This document shows, piece after piece, positions 8,357 to 18,648 of a stretch of 64,000 bases of DNA. The stretch is from a virus. Position 1 is the first letter of the stretch, and each line of letters opens with the position of its first letter. The stretch lies in the IMG/VR virus record IMGVR_UViG_3300008009_000010; one strand, given 5' to 3'. The notes under the pieces are model-generated. The model was not told the origin of the DNA, ran no database searches, and saw only the letters and a list, made by a program, of their open reading frames with translations. Position numbers and translations under genes: made by a program.

Positions 8357-10585
8357 TCATAAAATACCATCAAAAATAATTAATTTATTTTTTGCTCTTG
8401 TAATACCTGTATATAACCATTTTCGATGAAAATCATTATCTCCTAATCTTTCTTCAAAAAGAATAACTTTTTCAAATTCCGAACCTTGACTATTCCAACC
8501 ACAAAAACCATTTTGTAAAAATTTATGGGATTTTTCCATTTCTAAACAATAAGTATGACATTTAATATTATTCATAGAAATTATTTTATCAAAGAATATT
8601 TCTCCTTTTGAGATATTTTTTAAATAATTATAATCTTCATCATCTTTAATATAAGGTTCAATATATTGTAATATCTCTCTCAATTTAGTAAGATTAACAT
8701 TATCTCTTGTTAATGAAGTTTGAAATGGGTTGTTAGAAATATTGTATTTTGTAAATATTTTTTTAATAATATAACTAATATTTGGTATTTCTTCATCTAT
8801 TACATGGAATTCATTATCTATTTTATTATATGTCCATATAATCCCCATATTAAGTAACATCATTCTAATTTGATCTATCATATATTTTGATTTACTTTCA
8901 AATTTTGTATGATCAAGAAAATCTTTTTTCCTATTAATCATATCATTTTCAAATAGAGATTTTAAAAATTCTATTTGATATTCTTTATCAGCACTTAAAA
9001 TACAATCAGGAACAAATTTTTCATGATCTTGTATACCTTTTATTTTTTTACAAAAATTTTGTATATCAAGGGAATTTATTTCAATCATAAAATAATCAGA
9101 ATATTTCATTGAAATTTTTGAATTCATACAACCAAATAAATTCTCACTAATTCTTTTGAAATCAAAAATTACTTTTTCATATCTATTATAAAATTTTATT
9201 GATTTTTTAGATACTGTACCATCAGCTACCATATAACCAAGGAATTTAGCAAAATCTTTAGACATTATTATAGGACTATTAAATGCATTATAAGTTTCTT
9301 TAATATTCCAATCAGTAGGTAGAGATAAAGTATTGGCATAAATATTTTGGTTACACTTTAAGACTAAAACATCATTTTCTTTAATATCAACAACATTTTT
9401 TCTTTTTATATAGCCATCATTATCTAAAACATCTAAACCATGGTCTAAAGTTGGTGTTATATTATAACCTTTTTTTGTTAAAATTTCTTTACAATCTGAA
9501 ATACCATTATCAATAAAATTTGTTGGTGTTTCAAGGGTTTCCCCATTAAAAACTTGTGTTGTTTTATAAGTTTTTTCTAAGTCAATTAATTGTTTAATTC
9601 CTTTATCAGTAAATATAAAAGTATCGCCACTCAAACATTTATGAGTTGTTATGGTATAACCATAATCAAAGGATTCTATATCTTTTTGATATTTTATATC
9701 TTCATTTGTAAATATACCTTTATGTATTTTTAAATTTTTGAAAAGTTCATTTTCATCTGACATAAAATTTAATTTTGATTTTTTCTCATTAAAATTTACA
9801 CATTTTCCTAACATACCATTTATTAAGCCATTTAAATTATTATTTCTTAAACAAATTAATTTATCATTTACTTCTGGGTAAATATTATTAAACCCATAAC
9901 CTTTTCTCATTTGGTTATTAATATTAATTCTAGTAGCATTTTTTCCACAAAGAATTTGATTAGATTTTGTTAATGTTTCAAAATGAAGGTTATTAGTTTT
10001 TAAGACAGATTCGCCATATCGGCCAGGTTTAATATATTTACCTTGTCTAACTTCATTAGAAAGCCAAATAATAGGATTATCAAGTGCTTGTCTATGAATT
10101 TTCTGTAATGTAAAATTAGCATTATTCATTAAGCTAATAATATCTTTAGAAATAGGTGGAAGTTGACCAGAATCACCTACATATAAAATAGGGATTCTAA
10201 AAGATTCTAAATCTTTTTGTAATTCTTTACCTATCATTGAAGCTTCATCAACAATAATAAGTTTAATAGAAGAGGCTAATTTATATAATTTTTTGAAATA
10301 TATATCACCTTTTTCATCTTCTCTTGGTTCATAAATAAGTGAATGAATTGTTGTTGCTTCAAGACCTTTATTTTTCATTACTAAAGCAGCTTTTCCAGTA
10401 TATGCAACATATCTAATATTATAATCTGAAATATTAAGTTCTTCAGAAATTTTAGAAACTACTGTTGATTTACCAGTTCCTGCATAACCAGCTAAAACAA
10501 AAGGAATATGTTTTTTATAACTATTAAACCATTTTTTTATTAATTTAATAGCATAATTTTGTTCATCTGTTAAAATAATATTCAA
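8357..10585 (-). CDS. SF1B (Dda/RecD2-like) DNA helicase containing an intein
   Basis: LAGYAGTGKST Walker A, IIVDEASM, VGDSGQLPP, IHRQA, THK/SQGSEF (split by the intein), LYTGITRAK. Confidence 0.9.
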   Translation of the reverse strand: MNIILTDEQNYAIKLIKKWFNSYKKHIPFVLAGYAGTGKSTVVSKISEELNISDYNIRYVAYTGKAALVMKNKGLEATTIHSLIYEPREDEKGDIYFKKLYKLASSIKLIIVDEASMIGKELQKDLESFRIPILYVGDSGQLPPISKDIISLMNNANFTLQKIHRQALDNPIIWLSNEVRQGKYIKPGRYGESVLKTNNLHFETLTKSNQILCGKNATRININNQMRKGYGFNNIYPEVNDKLICLRNNNLNGLINGMLGKCVNFNEKKSKLNFMSDENELFKNLKIHKGIFTNEDIKYQKDIESFDYGYTITTHKCLSGDTFIFTDKGIKQLIDLEKTYKTTQVFNGETLETPTNFIDNGISDCKEILTKKGYNITPTLDHGLDVLDNDGYIKRKNVVDIKENDVLVLKCNQNIYANTLSLPTDWNIKETYNAFNSPIIMSKDFAKFLGYMVADGTVSKKSIKFYNRYEKVIFDFKRISENLFGCMNSKISMKYSDYFMIEINSLDIQNFCKKIKGIQDHEKFVPDCILSADKEYQIEFLKSLFENDMINRKKDFLDHTKFESKSKYMIDQIRMMLLNMGIIWTYNKIDNEFHVIDEEIPNISYIIKKIFTKYNISNNPFQTSLTRDNVNLTKLREILQYIEPYIKDDEDYNYLKNISKGEIFFDKIISMNNIKCHTYCLEMEKSHKFLQNGFCGWNSQGSEFEKVILFEERLGDNDFHRKWLYTGITRAKNKLIIFDGIL
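8492..9637 (-). mobile_element. Intein (382 aa, residues 317-698) with LAGLIDADG homing-endonuclease domain
   Basis: Begins CLSGDTFIFTDKG, block B TLDH, LAGLIDADG-like FLGYMVADG, ends KFLQNGFCGWN followed by Ser+1. Removing it restores THKSQGSEF. Confidence 0.92.
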
Positions 10586-10597
10586 AATATTTTACCT

Positions 10598-10828
10598 CTA
10601 ATCTAATGTTAATGCAAACCAATCGTCTGAATCATAAGCTATAACGATTAAATCATCCATTTCTAATAACTCAATCCAATCATCAAGATATTCATATTTA
10701 ACTGTTAATTCAATAGATTGATCATAATTAATAAAATAACCAGATTCTGAGTCATAATAAAAATTATATTCTGGAAGTTTTTCTTTTATTTTTTCTTTCA
10801 ATATTAAAAATCTATCAGTCATAAGCAA
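10598..10828 (-). CDS. Hypothetical protein
   Basis: 76-aa ORF, operonic. Confidence 0.6.
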   Translation of the reverse strand: MLMTDRFLILKEKIKEKLPEYNFYYDSESGYFINYDQSIELTVKYEYLDDWIELLEMDDLIVIAYDSDDWFALTLD

Positions 10829-11024
10829 CTACTTCTTTACCAAAAACAATTTTTTTATTTTCACGTCTTACAAAAAATTCAATTTGTGCCCCACGATGCC
10901 CTGTTATTTTATACCATTTAACAACTGTATTACCATCTTTATCAAATCCTATTTTCCCTTCATAGGCATAACCATTTTTAATTGCAAATTTACCAAGATT
11001 TTCTTTTTTTGTGATTTTTGGCAT
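10815..11024 (-). CDS. Hypothetical protein
   Basis: 69-aa ORF with an AAGGAG RBS. Confidence 0.65.
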   Translation of the reverse strand: MPKITKKENLGKFAIKNGYAYEGKIGFDKDGNTVVKWYKITGHRGAQIEFFVRRENKKIVFGKEVVAYD

Positions 11025-11078
11025 TTTCTTTCTCCTTGTGAATATCTAAATATAATATAATATATTATTCAAAAATAT

Positions 11079-13589
11079 TCAACTAAAAAAATCATCTAAA
11101 GAATATTTTTTTTCTGTTTCCCAACCAATAGCTTTGAATATATTTTGTAAGGGAGCAACAAAACTTTTTTGAAATTGTAAATCATAATCTATTTCTAATT
11201 TATCTTTCCATTCTTCAGGAAATTTTGTTGAAATAGCAATAACATCAGATTGAATGATATTAGGAACTTTAATATAAGAGAATTTTAATTTATCTCCATC
11301 AGAAATTTCAGGGTAACGTTCTGTTAAATTTTCTTTATTCAAAAAATCATTATATTTCAAAGCTCCTCTAACAGCAATAGGTAATCCTTTAGAATCTAAT
11401 GTATAATTTGAAAAATTACATCCCCTAGGGAAAGCAATATCTCTAAAAGGTAAAGTTATAAATTCTTTTTTTGTTTCTTTAATAAAATCTAATAAACAAT
11501 CATTATTTTTTGTATCAAAAATTAATTTAACAGCCTCTTTAAGTTTTCTTCTACAATATTCAGGTGTAGATGTTCTAACAATTTCAACACCTCGAACTTT
11601 TTGTTCTGGGTTATCAAGATAAAATTTACCCTCTTCCCAAATTTTATTCATGATATATTTTTTCTTAGCAATCATAATAGAAACTTCAGCAATACACTCT
11701 GCCTCCATTACTATTGTAAGTTCTTTCATATTCATATTAACTGATAGTTTTTCAAAAAACTCATTACATTTTGGTTCAATAACATTTTCTGAAAGTTTTA
11801 ATAAAAAATTTAATACCGTTTCTTTGTCAGGAATTTTATTTTTAAATCTTTTTGCAACTAAAGGTTCAAGTTTTAAAAAAATAGAATCAGTATCACAATA
11901 TTTGTTCTCAATACCTAAATTATCATAAATATATTTTTCAGCCCCTCTAACTGATAATTGACCTCCTGAGGTAATAGCTTCAGCAATTCTTATATCATAA
12001 TATCTTGAATGTTGATTACTTAAATTTCCATATCCGGAATTTAAAAGAATTTTTTCAGCATATTGAATAAGATCTAATTGAGTTCCAAGTTCTTTATTAC
12101 CATCTTTGAAAGCTTTTTTTGCATCTTTTTTATGTTGTATCCGTTCTTTAAATAATTTACTATAAACACTAGAAATAAATCCATCAATATCATTTCTAAA
12201 AAATTGTCCATTACAAGTAAATGATACTCCATATTTTTGTAAAATAGGTGCAAGTTCTTTTGTTTTTTCAACATCTAAACAAGATTCAATTGTACTATAT
12301 TTAAGTTTAATATCTTTCAATTCATCAGGTAAAATACATTCATCAATAATTGTTTCTGAGGACATATTGTATGAACGAATTTGGTTAGGATAACTTGAAA
12401 CAATATCATAAACAGCTAACCATTCACATAATTCAGGTTCTGTATCTTTTACATAACCTCCAATAAAATCTTCCTTTTCATGATGTTTATCTGGTGGACA
12501 TAATTTTTTCGTTTTTAATAATTCATTATAAAATATACAATCCCATGGTTGAACTGTTCCAAAAATTGATTCTGGTGAACATTTTGCTTTGTACATGATT
12601 GATAAAGCAAGTTCAATAAATCGTAATTTATAATTTAGTTCATATACTAGTTCAACGTCTTTTTTATTATAATCTACAAATGTTTGAAAATCATCATAAT
12701 AAAGATTTTCTAATGTTTCATGTTCTTCAGCATAAGATACTTTACCTTCTCCTAATTCAATCATAGCAATATCATTTAATTTGAATGATTCTCTTGGTTT
12801 TCCTATATATTTTTTATAAAGATCTAAATAATCCCAACAAATTGTTCCTTGTAATAAATACGTTGTTTGGATTCTACCATTCATAGTTGTTGTTTCTTGT
12901 TTTTTAACAACTCTATCAAGTGATAATTTTTTCATCCATTCTGTGCCAAGAATTTTATTTGTTCTATTTACAAGATAGGGAATATCAAACCCATTAGTAT
13001 TCCATCCAGTTAGAATTCTAACTTTATTATCATTAAAAAGTTTTATATACATCTTTAATAACTGGTCTTCATCTTTACAATTAATATATGTTACATTTTT
13101 TTCTTCTGTATAATAATCATCTTTAAATCCAAGAATAATATATTCATTTTTATATATATTTTGAATTGTAATTGTTGAAACTGGATATTCAGATTTTAAA
13201 GGATTAGGAAATCCTTTTTTTTGAGGAATTACAGAATTTCTATCACGTATTGTTTCAATATCTATATTCCATGCTACAAGTCCATTTGTTTGAAGTGGTA
13301 TATCATATTGATATTGAGATGCTATGAATTGAATATGAGGTGCAACATCACCATATATGTCAAACATCCCTTTATTTTCTTTTTTCCAAATTTTCATTTC
13401 TGTGATAGAATCAAATACTTTCACTTTAAGTGGATTGTTGAATATATCTGTCCACTTTGTTTTTTCATTTGTCATTATACCAAGAAATGGCTTAAATTTA
13501 ACTTTTTCTTCATGACAAATTCCATTTTCTATAAAAATGTGTTTTATTGTATTTGCTGAATCTTGATAGGCATTTATAAAACTTTTCAT
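11079..13589 (-). CDS. gp43: B-family DNA polymerase gp43 (single chain, with 3'-5' exonuclease)
   Basis: ExoI DIET, ExoII TGWNTNGFDIPYL, ExoIII YNKKD, polymerase motifs YDIVSSYP, KILLNSGYG, YCDTDS, C-terminal clamp-binding SLDDFF. Confidence 0.97.
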   Translation of the reverse strand: MKSFINAYQDSANTIKHIFIENGICHEEKVKFKPFLGIMTNEKTKWTDIFNNPLKVKVFDSITEMKIWKKENKGMFDIYGDVAPHIQFIASQYQYDIPLQTNGLVAWNIDIETIRDRNSVIPQKKGFPNPLKSEYPVSTITIQNIYKNEYIILGFKDDYYTEEKNVTYINCKDEDQLLKMYIKLFNDNKVRILTGWNTNGFDIPYLVNRTNKILGTEWMKKLSLDRVVKKQETTTMNGRIQTTYLLQGTICWDYLDLYKKYIGKPRESFKLNDIAMIELGEGKVSYAEEHETLENLYYDDFQTFVDYNKKDVELVYELNYKLRFIELALSIMYKAKCSPESIFGTVQPWDCIFYNELLKTKKLCPPDKHHEKEDFIGGYVKDTEPELCEWLAVYDIVSSYPNQIRSYNMSSETIIDECILPDELKDIKLKYSTIESCLDVEKTKELAPILQKYGVSFTCNGQFFRNDIDGFISSVYSKLFKERIQHKKDAKKAFKDGNKELGTQLDLIQYAEKILLNSGYGNLSNQHSRYYDIRIAEAITSGGQLSVRGAEKYIYDNLGIENKYCDTDSIFLKLEPLVAKRFKNKIPDKETVLNFLLKLSENVIEPKCNEFFEKLSVNMNMKELTIVMEAECIAEVSIMIAKKKYIMNKIWEEGKFYLDNPEQKVRGVEIVRTSTPEYCRRKLKEAVKLIFDTKNNDCLLDFIKETKKEFITLPFRDIAFPRGCNFSNYTLDSKGLPIAVRGALKYNDFLNKENLTERYPEISDGDKLKFSYIKVPNIIQSDVIAISTKFPEEWKDKLEIDYDLQFQKSFVAPLQNIFKAIGWETEKKYSLDDFFS

Positions 13590-13618
13590 TCGTTTCCCTT
13601 TGTTTTTGATTTTTTATT

Positions 13619-13647
13619 ATTATATAATATAAGAAAAGAATTGTCAA
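13619..13647 (-). promoter_or_regulatory. Sigma70-type promoter for gp43
   Basis: TTGACA-N17-TATAAT perfect consensus on the minus strand. Confidence 0.8.
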
Positions 13648-13734
13648 TTTTAATTATATATAAAAAAATTAGAATTAAAAGGTATTATTAAATTCTTTTT
13701 AATTCTAGTTCTATATATTATTAAATTAAAAATG

Positions 13735-13818
13735 TTAGATTAAATTTTTATGATAATTTTCTGAACAAGAAATTCCTGTTAGATTAGATCCTACAATTGT
13801 TAAATCGCCAATTCTCAT
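13735..13818 (-). CDS. 27-aa small ORF (peptide or gene remnant)
   Basis: AAGGAG RBS, MRIGDLTIVGSNLTGISCSENYHKNLI, minus-strand TATAAATA about 30 nt upstream. Confidence 0.4.
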   Translation of the reverse strand: MRIGDLTIVGSNLTGISCSENYHKNLI

Positions 13819-13848
13819 ATTAAATATACTCCTTAAGTAGTTTATATT

Positions 13849-13862
13849 TATTTATATAAATA
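13849..13862. promoter_or_regulatory. Overlapping divergent T4-type late promoters
   Basis: TATAAATA on the minus strand (13849-13856) and the plus strand (13855-13862) at the strand-switch point. Confidence 0.65.
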
Positions 13863-13889
13863 ATAATAAAAGATTTTAAAGGATAAAAA

Positions 13890-14213
13890 ATGAGTGATAC
13901 CTTAGATATACATTCAGTAGCGGCATTATTAAATGATGCCCGAGAAAGAATAAAAGAATCTGAAGAAAGATCAAAAGAAACAATTAATCTAACAGAAATA
14001 AGATTAATAAAAAAAATAGATGAAATTCAACAGACTCTAAATGTATTTGGGCAAGATTACTCGAAATGGATACCATTATTAACATCTTTACAAAAAAACG
14101 AAGATAATAAAAAAACCTTAACAATTGCGTTAATAACATCTTTCATAACTAATATTGCAGCGTTAATAGTTACTTTATTTGTTTTCTTCGTGAAATCAGG
14201 GGTTATTAAATAA
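13890..14213 (+). CDS. Coiled-coil protein with a C-terminal transmembrane helix
   Basis: Heptad-like N-terminus, hydrophobic TLTIALITSFITNIAALIVTLFVFFV; late promoter upstream. Confidence 0.7.
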   Translation: MSDTLDIHSVAALLNDARERIKESEERSKETINLTEIRLIKKIDEIQQTLNVFGQDYSKWIPLLTSLQKNEDNKKTLTIALITSFITNIAALIVTLFVFFVKSGVIK

Positions 14214-15067
14214 TGAATTTGGAAAATCTCCATGATTTAATTCATGGTAATGTTGATACACCTTTAGGAATATTTTCACATGGAATTTGGAATATTTTTT
14301 CATTAATAAATGGTAATCCAGATTTATATATGTCAGGTATAAGACTTTTTCTTTCTATCTTTTTCACAATCCTACTCATTATTATTCTTAATATCAGAAC
14401 TAAAATGAATTTTGATAAAATGCATCTAATAGCATTTATTGGAGTATTGTTTTTATTAGCTAGAAATTTTATTTTATTAGGGTTTCAATGGGGTTGGGAA
14501 ATAAAATTATATGACGATTATATTCTTCATTTTCTTTTTCCTCCTCTTGATTATTTTTTTAATATGATGTATATAGGTTGTATAGCATATTATAGTTTAA
14601 ATACTTATAATTATTATCCTGGAATTTTAAAACGTATAATATGGTGGATTCCATCTTTTATTACTTTATATTTCATTTATATGAGTATTACTTGGAAACA
14701 TTTTTTTTATTCAAACCTTCCTGTTGTTGTTCAATTCAATAATTCTTCTGTTGATTGGCAATCTCATTGTATTATTTCTTTATTTTGTGTTTACGTTTTA
14801 TGTGTTGCAGTTTTAAAACATAAAAAATATTATCTCTTTTTAAGCTCTTTTTGGTTTTTTAATTCTATATCACAAATAACAATAGCTATTACTTCTTTTT
14901 ATAATTACCAATCTTCTGAATTAACAACAATTTTTCAAGCTGTAGAATTATGGTCAATCCCTCTTCTGTTTTTACATTTTGTTAATGCTTATATTATTAG
15001 AACACATAAATTTATTCAAAGAAAACCTTGCTTGAGACATGATTGTCCTTCAAGAATTTTTTTATAA
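14213..15067 (+). CDS. Polytopic integral membrane protein (about 7 TM helices)
   Basis: Multiple long hydrophobic segments; start overlaps the stop of the upstream gene. Confidence 0.75.
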   Translation: MNLENLHDLIHGNVDTPLGIFSHGIWNIFSLINGNPDLYMSGIRLFLSIFFTILLIIILNIRTKMNFDKMHLIAFIGVLFLLARNFILLGFQWGWEIKLYDDYILHFLFPPLDYFFNMMYIGCIAYYSLNTYNYYPGILKRIIWWIPSFITLYFIYMSITWKHFFYSNLPVVVQFNNSSVDWQSHCIISLFCVYVLCVAVLKHKKYYLFLSSFWFFNSISQITIAITSFYNYQSSELTTIFQAVELWSIPLLFLHFVNAYIIRTHKFIQRKPCLRHDCPSRIFL

Positions 15068-15075
15068 AAAAAAGC

Positions 15076-15104
15076 TTGACAGATCCGGTTCTAGATGATA
15101 TAAT
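15076..15104 (+). promoter_or_regulatory. Sigma70-type early promoter
   Basis: TTGACA-N17-TATAAT exact. Confidence 0.75.
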
Positions 15105-15252
15105 GAGGCTTGTCCGGTACCCCTTTGAATATCTATATTATAAGACAAAAATAAAAAAATTATATATCAATAAAAAATATTGACAAATTATCTCCTTAAT
15201 AGTATTCTTTATTTGTTCCCAACAAAAACTATTTAAGGAGAGAAATAGAAAA

Positions 15253-15810
15253 ATGATTAAAAAAGAATGTCAAGAAATTTTGATTAAATTCTGTGATGAA
15301 CATTCCCTTCCTTATCCTAAACTTCGTTTCTCAAATGGTTTGAAAAAAGCAAATGGTATTTATAAATATTCTTATGATATTATTCTTTTTAAAACAGCTA
15401 ATACATTAGAAGAAATTTCAAATTCACTTAAATCTTTTGAAATAGTTATTTCAAATTTAATGATTAAATTTTTTAATAATGAACAAGTCAAAAAAACATT
15501 GATACATGAATTAACCCATCATTATTGTCTTTTTCATAATAAGAATGCTAATCATACAGAATACTTTAAACAAAAATGTTCAGAGTTTGGGGGTAGTATG
15601 AGTAGTATTTTAGCAGGTTCTATATATGCTGATTCAGTTTCAGATAATTATATTACTAAAAAAATTGGATTTAAATTAGAATGTCAATGTGGAAAACCTG
15701 GGCATGGTATTCAGCATTATATACGTAATCCCAAAAAAACAACATTAACTAAATATTGTTGTCCTATCTGTAAAACTTTAATGAAAGAATGGAAAAGGAT
15801 TGAAAAATGA
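15253..15810 (+). CDS. SprT-like zinc metalloprotease with a C-terminal zinc ribbon
   Basis: TLIHELTH (HExxH), H..YFKQKC..FGG, CxC...CPIC. Confidence 0.85.
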   Translation: MIKKECQEILIKFCDEHSLPYPKLRFSNGLKKANGIYKYSYDIILFKTANTLEEISNSLKSFEIVISNLMIKFFNNEQVKKTLIHELTHHYCLFHNKNANHTEYFKQKCSEFGGSMSSILAGSIYADSVSDNYITKKIGFKLECQCGKPGHGIQHYIRNPKKTTLTKYCCPICKTLMKEWKRIEK

Positions 15811-16169
15811 AAAAATTTACTAAAAACCCATTTTACGAAGAAATTCTAAAAGAAGCAATTGAAGAAGCTAATAAATCATCAAAGAACTGGATGATTGAAA
15901 ACACAAAAGACCGAGAAAAAACAGCACTTTTAGGAGATTGTGGTTTATCTTTTATTAAAATCACTGATAAGAGATGGTCTTTTGTAAAATATTATATCCA
16001 ACGTGAATTAGTAAAAACAGGACAAAAATATAATCGAATTTATATTCCTCATGAAAATTCTGGTAGATTAGAAATTGGGCCAAAATATTCAGCAATGGTA
16101 TCAGCTATGAATGTTTTCAAAAAATATTCTGTTGATGCTGGTCTTGAAATAAAAACTTTTATAGATTAA
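15807..16169 (+). CDS. Hypothetical protein, paralog of 42215..42592
   Basis: Shared pattern LL.DCG..F/V, KR..F.K, C-terminal ..ID. Confidence 0.7.
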   Translation: MKKFTKNPFYEEILKEAIEEANKSSKNWMIENTKDREKTALLGDCGLSFIKITDKRWSFVKYYIQRELVKTGQKYNRIYIPHENSGRLEIGPKYSAMVSAMNVFKKYSVDAGLEIKTFID

Positions 16170-16173
16170 ATAA

Positions 16174-16726
16174 ATGAAAATATATCAAATTTTCTTTAAA
16201 GAAGAACATTTAGCTTTTCTTCATCCTGATTTAATTCATTATGATAATTCTAATGATAATTCATTACAATTTGAATATTGTATTATGAGAAAAAAATATT
16301 TTATTAAATCCTGGTTATGATTGTTATGCATTTAACCCGCATGATTGGGTTGAAAAAAATATTTGGAAACAAGGGGATGCTTCAAGTTATAAAAACATTA
16401 AAATGTCTTTTATAACACAATTAATGTTTGACAAATTAGGATATTCCTATAAAATAACAGATAGAAAATATTCAATAGATGAGTTTTCTTTTTGTAATTA
16501 TTGGATTGCAAATAAAAAATTTTGGGATGAATATATTTTATTCATTGAACCATTTCATCATTTGATGATTAAAAATAATAAAATATATAATAATTTATTT
16601 TTTGATGAAGAAGAATCTTTATATGGGTATTATCCTTATATTATAGAAAGATTATTGTCTGAATTTATTTGGTTGAAAAAAGATGTTTTTAAAACTAAAA
16701 TATTTTATAAAGGAAATATAAAATAA
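16174..16726 (+). pseudogene. Deleted and frameshifted paralog of 17088..17735
   Basis: MKIYQIFFKE..FEYCIMRK matches the 17088 N-terminus. After a frameshift, FNP..IWKQG and FCNYWIANKKFWDEY match its middle and C-terminus. About 30 codons are missing. Confidence 0.75.
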
Positions 16727-16802
16727 ATTTTTGAAAAAATCTCATATAAATAAAATGGAATTTATAAATTTAAACTTTTATTAATATAAAGGAGAATAGA
16801 AA

Positions 16803-16994
16803 ATGAAAATGCCAGCAAAACAAAAAAAACTTTATGATTGGTACATCTCATTAAATTATGAATATGTTGAAGAACTTCCAGCTAAAGGAGTTATTCTTCT
16901 CAGAAAAGGGGAAAAGGTTGGGGATGCAATTTATTGGAGTTATGTTACTCTTTATAAAAATGGAAATGTTAAAAATGGTAATCATTTAAAATAA
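16803..16994 (+). CDS. Hypothetical protein
   Basis: 63 aa, AAGGAG RBS. Confidence 0.65.
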   Translation: MKMPAKQKKLYDWYISLNYEYVEELPAKGVILLRKGEKVGDAIYWSYVTLYKNGNVKNGNHLK

Positions 16995-17025
16995 CTAACT
17001 CTCTCTCTTATAATAATTGACTGTT

Positions 17026-17069
17026 AAATGATTCATATAATAGCTTTTTGTCTATTATATGAATCATTT
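17026..17069 (+). terminator. Perfect 18-bp inverted repeat followed by a T-run
   Basis: AAATGATTCATATAATAG-N8-CTATTATATGAATCATTT then TTT. Confidence 0.6.
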
Positions 17070-17087
17070 TTTAAAAAAAGGGTATAA

Positions 17088-17735
17088 ATGAAAATTTATC
17101 AAATTTATTATGATGAAAAATCAAAATCTAAAATAAGTCGGTTATTAATGCCTTATAATAATTCTAATCCTGATAAGCCATTTGAATTTGAATATGGTGT
17201 TATGAGAAAACTTTATAAAAACTTTGATTTTGAAAAAGAAAAATATCTTGGTGTTTTATCTTGGAAGTTCAAAGAAAAAAGTAGGATAGATCCGTCAAAA
17301 TTAGTGCTTTGGCTTGATAAAAACAAAAAGAAAGACGTGTATACCATTAACCCTTTTTATATGCTTAATAAGCGTTATAAGAGTTTATGGGAACAAGGGG
17401 AATATTTTAATCCAGGAATTAAAAATATTACAAAAGAATTATTAGAAAGAGCTAATATTAATCTTGATCTTGAAAGAAGTCATTCAGCAAAAGTTGCTTG
17501 CTATTGTAATTATTGGGTTGCTAATAAAAAATTCTGGGATCTTTATATGAGTTATACAGAAAAATTGTATGAAGAAATGTATAACTCTGATGAAGAAATG
17601 TATAAAAAATTATTTATTGAAAAAGCAGATAAAGAAATAAATTCAGGGATGTTTTCATTTATCATGAAAAGAATGTTCAGTTCAGTTCTAGAAAAACATC
17701 AAAATGAATTTAAAATTCTTCCATATTTCACATAG
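17088..17735 (+). CDS. Hypothetical protein in the glyco-modification cluster (possible glycosyltransferase-like)
   Basis: 215 aa; GVLSWKF, YCNYWVANKKFW; first gene of the GT/MTase cluster; fold not confirmed. Confidence 0.6.
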   Translation: MKIYQIYYDEKSKSKISRLLMPYNNSNPDKPFEFEYGVMRKLYKNFDFEKEKYLGVLSWKFKEKSRIDPSKLVLWLDKNKKKDVYTINPFYMLNKRYKSLWEQGEYFNPGIKNITKELLERANINLDLERSHSAKVACYCNYWVANKKFWDLYMSYTEKLYEEMYNSDEEMYKKLFIEKADKEINSGMFSFIMKRMFSSVLEKHQNEFKILPYFT

Positions 17736-17764
17736 AATTCTTAATTATATAAAGGAAATAAAAA

Positions 17765-18349
17765 ATGAAATTTGATATTTACGATAAATCATTTTATAAT
17801 ATGCACTTACAATGGAAACCTTATTATAAAATGATTTCAGAATGGATTCTTAATCAGTGTGAATTTGAAACATCAATAGAATATGGTTTCGGAAATGGAT
17901 TTCTTTCTGAATTTCTAAAAGAAGCTGGGAAAAATATTTCATGTTCAGATTTTTCAAAAGAATCTGTTAATTTTATTGATTCTTCTATTCGTCCTTTCTT
18001 TTCTAATATTGATATGACAGTTTCTATTGTTACACCAGATAAAAAAGATTTAGCCCTTTGTTTTGAAGTTGCTGAACATATTAACCCAGAAGGTACTGAA
18101 GTGTTTTTTGATAATTTAGTATCATCAGACCCAAAATATATTCTTTTTTCATCTGAACCAACAACAAATGGTCATGGACATATTAATTGTCATCCAGAAG
18201 AATTTTGGATGACAAATATTTGTAAAAAAGGCTATTCTTTAAATAAAGAAAAAACTTATAGTTTTAGAAATGAATTAGACCCAAAAATTCAACCTATTTC
18301 TTGGTATCCAAATAATTTTTTGTTTTTTGACAAATTATTTATTTTTTAA
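17765..18349 (+). CDS. Class I SAM-dependent methyltransferase
   Basis: EYGFGNG motif I, CSDFS, DLALCFEVAEHI, GHGHINC. Confidence 0.85.
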   Translation: MKFDIYDKSFYNMHLQWKPYYKMISEWILNQCEFETSIEYGFGNGFLSEFLKEAGKNISCSDFSKESVNFIDSSIRPFFSNIDMTVSIVTPDKKDLALCFEVAEHINPEGTEVFFDNLVSSDPKYILFSSEPTTNGHGHINCHPEEFWMTNICKKGYSLNKEKTYSFRNELDPKIQPISWYPNNFLFFDKLFIF

Positions 18350-18435
18350 AAAAATATTGTTTTCTTTAATATATTTTGATATTGTATTTATATCACTAAA
18401 AAGAGTTTCTAATATCTTTATAAAAGGAGAATAAA

Positions 18436-18648
18436 ATGAGTTACCCAGAATATGATCAGTATAAAATCAAAAATCTTTGTCCGAAACAAGATAGTTGTGA
18501 ACAATGTCGCAATGCCAGAATGAATGATGAAGGTTATCAAAATTATCTTGATAACAAAAGAAAATTTGAAAAAGAACAATATAAAATTTTTCTTAATAAG
18601 ATAAGAAATGGTAATGATGAATATCGTAAACAACATTATGGAGTATGA
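18436..18648 (+). CDS. Hypothetical protein (Cys-containing)
   Basis: 70 aa, AAGGAG RBS, CP...CEQC. Confidence 0.6.
   Translation: MSYPEYDQYKIKNLCPKQDSCEQCRNARMNDEGYQNYLDNKRKFEKEQYKIFLNKIRNGNDEYRKQHYGV

Noticed and set aside
3701-13559. Plus-strand ORFs 3701, 4753, 11650, 13221 and off-frame 12074
   Set aside because: They overlap well-supported minus-strand genes (gp32, nucleotidyltransferase, gp43), lack an RBS and have shadow-like composition.
11079-13589. Split or intein/intron-containing gp43
   Set aside because: All exonuclease and polymerase motifs are contiguous in one 836-aa ORF.
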